Shown in pieces: positions 30,083-32,000 of a stretch of 32,000 nucleotides of DNA. The notes beneath the pieces were generated by a model that was not told the origin of the DNA, did not search any database, and saw only the letters and a program-made list of their open reading frames with translations. Within the stretch, counting starts at the first letter, position 1. Each line of letters begins with the position of its first letter. The stretch comes from Candidatus Methylomirabilis oxygeniifera (GTDB taxonomy: Bacteria; Methylomirabilota; Methylomirabilia; Methylomirabilales; Methylomirabilaceae): the NCBI GenBank assembly GCA_000091165.1, contig FP565575.1, positions 2,160,001 through 2,192,000 on the forward strand, given 5' to 3'. The position numbers were made by a program, and so were the translations under genes.

Positions 30083-31375
30083 CTAGTGAGGCTGCTCCAG
30101 CACTTTTGGCTTATACTCGAAGGCACCGATGTCACAGTTCGGCGCGCCATCGCCATTACCATCAATCAGCCGGCTGACACCACGCTGGTCCTCGAGTTCA
30201 CACTCCGCAGGCCACCCGGCATCGATGGCGGGACTACCCGGCTTGAGCGCGTGGGTGAGCGTGTATCCGCCATTCCACTTGAGTGGACCGAGCTTTGGGT
30301 CGACGGGGGCTATGCTACCGGGTGACAACTGACAGGTCATGTCGTTGCTCAAACTGTTCGTACTGCTAGGAGAGAAGGGGAGGGGGGGAAAGATACACTG
30401 CACCGGGGCATTGTTCGCAACGATTGTGTTTACAAGGACGATATTGCTGTCCGTGCTCCCTTGAATACCCCCGCGAGCGTAGTCGGGGGCAAGAGTAGGC
30501 CCATTCCCGTTTTCGGCAACAGTGACATGGATCAATTCGGTATGAGCCCAATCATCGGTGTAGATCCCCAGTTGGTTGTTTCTGCTGACGGTTGTGTTGA
30601 TCAGGGACATGCTCCCATCATTGATAATACCAATACCGTCGCTATGGGAGATTTCTGAGCCCGTAGCGATCAGACTGCCGTTGCTATAGTTTCTAACACC
30701 GCCACCCCCCACAGTGGCGTGGTTCTTCACAACGCGGACGTCGTTCAACTCGGCGTCTCCCTGATTGTGGAGCCCGCCCCCGCCCATTTGGTCGGACGCA
30801 AGGTTGTGCGCGATTTCACTCTTATCAATAAAGAGCGCGGCACCGCTTCCGTTATAAATGCCTCCGCCGACCTTGGCGCTGTTCTTCCAAACCCGAACCC
30901 TCTTCAGGGTCAGATTACCACTGTTCAAGATCCCGCCGCCGTACATTGCGTTTCCGAACATCACATCCAGATCGGTAATCTTGACCGTAGCCCAAGACAT
31001 GACGTGAAAGATACTGAAGCCCGGCCATGCGCCGTGCACGCGAGTGGAAAAGATCCCGGTCCCGTTCACGGTCAGGTCCTTGTTGATGATTACGCCTGAG
31101 GATTCGGCGAATTTACCATCGCCGATGCTGACCGTATCACCCGCAATGGCGATGTCCACCGCATGTTGGATGGAGCGGCACGGCGCCGCCTGCGTGCAGG
31201 TGGGATTATCCGTACCCGACTTGGAAACGTAGCGAGTCGCCCCCCAGGCCTCCGGGACGAGGAGTGGCGTGAGCAGTAAGAGCAGAGAGCCGACGACCCG
31301 GCGATGCATCACCCACCTCTTACTCACGGCCAGACCGCGCTTCCATTGGATCCCAAATTGCACAAATGGTGTCAT
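30083..31375 (-). CDS. Secreted right-handed parallel beta-helix protein with C-terminal choice-of-anchor-Q-like domain
   Basis: Signal peptide (..HRRVVGSLLLLLTPLLVPEAWGA). Repeated GGG(I/L).N beta-helix rungs. C-terminal DPKLGPLKWNGGYTLTHALKPGSPAIDAG...DQRGVSR..DGNGDG...CDIGAFEY. Both ATG 31375 and ATG 31309 have SD-like sequences. Confidence 0.8.
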   Translation of the reverse strand: MTPFVQFGIQWKRGLAVSKRWVMHRRVVGSLLLLLTPLLVPEAWGATRYVSKSGTDNPTCTQAAPCRSIQHAVDIAIAGDTVSIGDGKFAESSGVIINKDLTVNGTGIFSTRVHGAWPGFSIFHVMSWATVKITDLDVMFGNAMYGGGILNSGNLTLKRVRVWKNSAKVGGGIYNGSGAALFIDKSEIAHNLASDQMGGGGLHNQGDAELNDVRVVKNHATVGGGGVRNYSNGSLIATGSEISHSDGIGIINDGSMSLINTTVSRNNQLGIYTDDWAHTELIHVTVAENGNGPTLAPDYARGGIQGSTDSNIVLVNTIVANNAPVQCIFPPLPFSPSSTNSLSNDMTCQLSPGSIAPVDPKLGPLKWNGGYTLTHALKPGSPAIDAGWPAECELEDQRGVSRLIDGNGDGAPNCDIGAFEYKPKVLEQPH

Positions 31376-31638
31376 TGTTCCTCCTCATGTCGTTGAGTAC
31401 GACGCACGCCTTGTCACTACCTGCTACCCCAAGGCGACGAAAACGTATCGTATCTTCCGGACATTGTCAAACAATTCTCATAGCTCTTGAATCACCCCAC
31501 CCGCGCCGCGAAATACCGGGACCAATTTACCTCCCTGACGTGAATCAGGCAGGTCAGCTTGCGCCTGGGAGTACGAAGGAGTATGATGACTCGACATGAA
31601 TCTGGAATGGCACCCCTCTTAGACGAAGATAGGAAACA

Positions 31639-31866
31639 ATGATGCGGTACTTCAAAGTGATCGTGGAGAAACACCCGGAAGGTTATGTCGCCTATCCCAT
31701 GGGACTCAAAGGGGTGGTAATCGGCGAAGGCGAGACCTACGAGGATGCCCTGGCAGATGTACAATCTGCCATCCGCTTCCACATCGAGACCTTTGGACCG
31801 GAGGCGCTGAAAGCTGAGTCCCCCATCCTGGACGCCTTTATTGCGGAAGCCACGGTCACGGTCTGA
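31639..31866 (+). CDS. hicB: HicB-family antitoxin (UPF0150 fold)
   Basis: 75 aa. Matches the HicB N-domain pattern (MRYFKVIVEKHPEGYVAYPMGLKGVVIGEGETYEDALADVQSAIRFHIE). Confidence 0.85.
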   Translation: MMRYFKVIVEKHPEGYVAYPMGLKGVVIGEGETYEDALADVQSAIRFHIETFGPEALKAESPILDAFIAEATVTV

Positions 31867-32000
31867 TGCTCACGTTTCCGATAGATGTCCCGAAAGCAAA
31901 GGCCATCAAGCCCTTGGAGCGGCTGGGCTTCCGGATAGTCCGAGAGGGGGCACACCTCGCGATGGTGCGCCAAAACCCGGATGAGACGCAGACGTTCCTC
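31866..32000 (+). CDS. hicA: HicA-family mRNA interferase toxin, 3' end cut by window edge
   Basis: Not in the ORF track because it runs off the window. Own translation from the ATG overlapping the hicB stop (TGATG) gives MLTFPIDVPKAKAIKPLERLGFRIVREGAHLAMVRQNPDETQTFL. This matches the HicA (YcfA) pattern K..I..LE..GF...R..GSH. Confidence 0.75.
   Translation, partial: MLTFPIDVPKAKAIKPLERLGFRIVREGAHLAMVRQNPDETQTFL

Overview
Moderately GC-rich chromosomal segment from a diderm bacterium. I cannot place the lineage from sequence alone. It is densely coded: 34 protein-coding genes are supported. I found no rRNA, tRNA, CRISPR array, transposase or integrase.

Housekeeping core:
- nfo
- ftsE-ftsX-envC-like-ctpA division/cell-wall cluster
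- tsaD and def
- mfd translationally coupled to a SurA-like PPIase
- DUF2007 protein and an RfaE2-like heptose-1-P adenylyltransferase
- a DUF4398 lipoprotein and a DUF4398-OmpA/Pal-like lipoprotein
- purM

Accessory content:
- orphan BrnA-like antitoxin and a PPOX-like gene, bracketed by imperfect direct repeats
- CBS-pair protein and a TPP-dependent decarboxylase-like enzyme
- DUF71 PP-loop ATPase directly abutting an AAA+/wHTH/PD-(D/E)xK (DUF4143) ATPase, with a 39-bp AT-rich perfect palindrome at the junction
- vapBC
- ketohexokinase-like PfkB kinase and a small cupin
- heavy-metal cluster (small His/Cys-rich membrane protein, CusB/CzcB-like adaptor, CusA/CzcA-like RND pump, CopC-CopD fusion) with no outer-membrane factor or regulator nearby
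- secreted beta-helix / choice-of-anchor-Q protein
- hicBA at the right edge

The most unusual signal is non-genic. It is a family of short elements built from phased heptanucleotide repeats, most of which fold as segmented hairpins.
- They sit directly after stop codons in at least six intergenic gaps.
- In two cases they appear inserted in frame inside coding sequence: 63 nt (9 x 7, 21 codons) in a loop of tsaD, and 84 nt (12 x 7, 28 codons) in the signal-peptide n-region of the SurA-like gene.

CDS coordinates come from the supplied ORF track plus codon arithmetic. Hand-read motif coordinates may be off by 1-2 nt.
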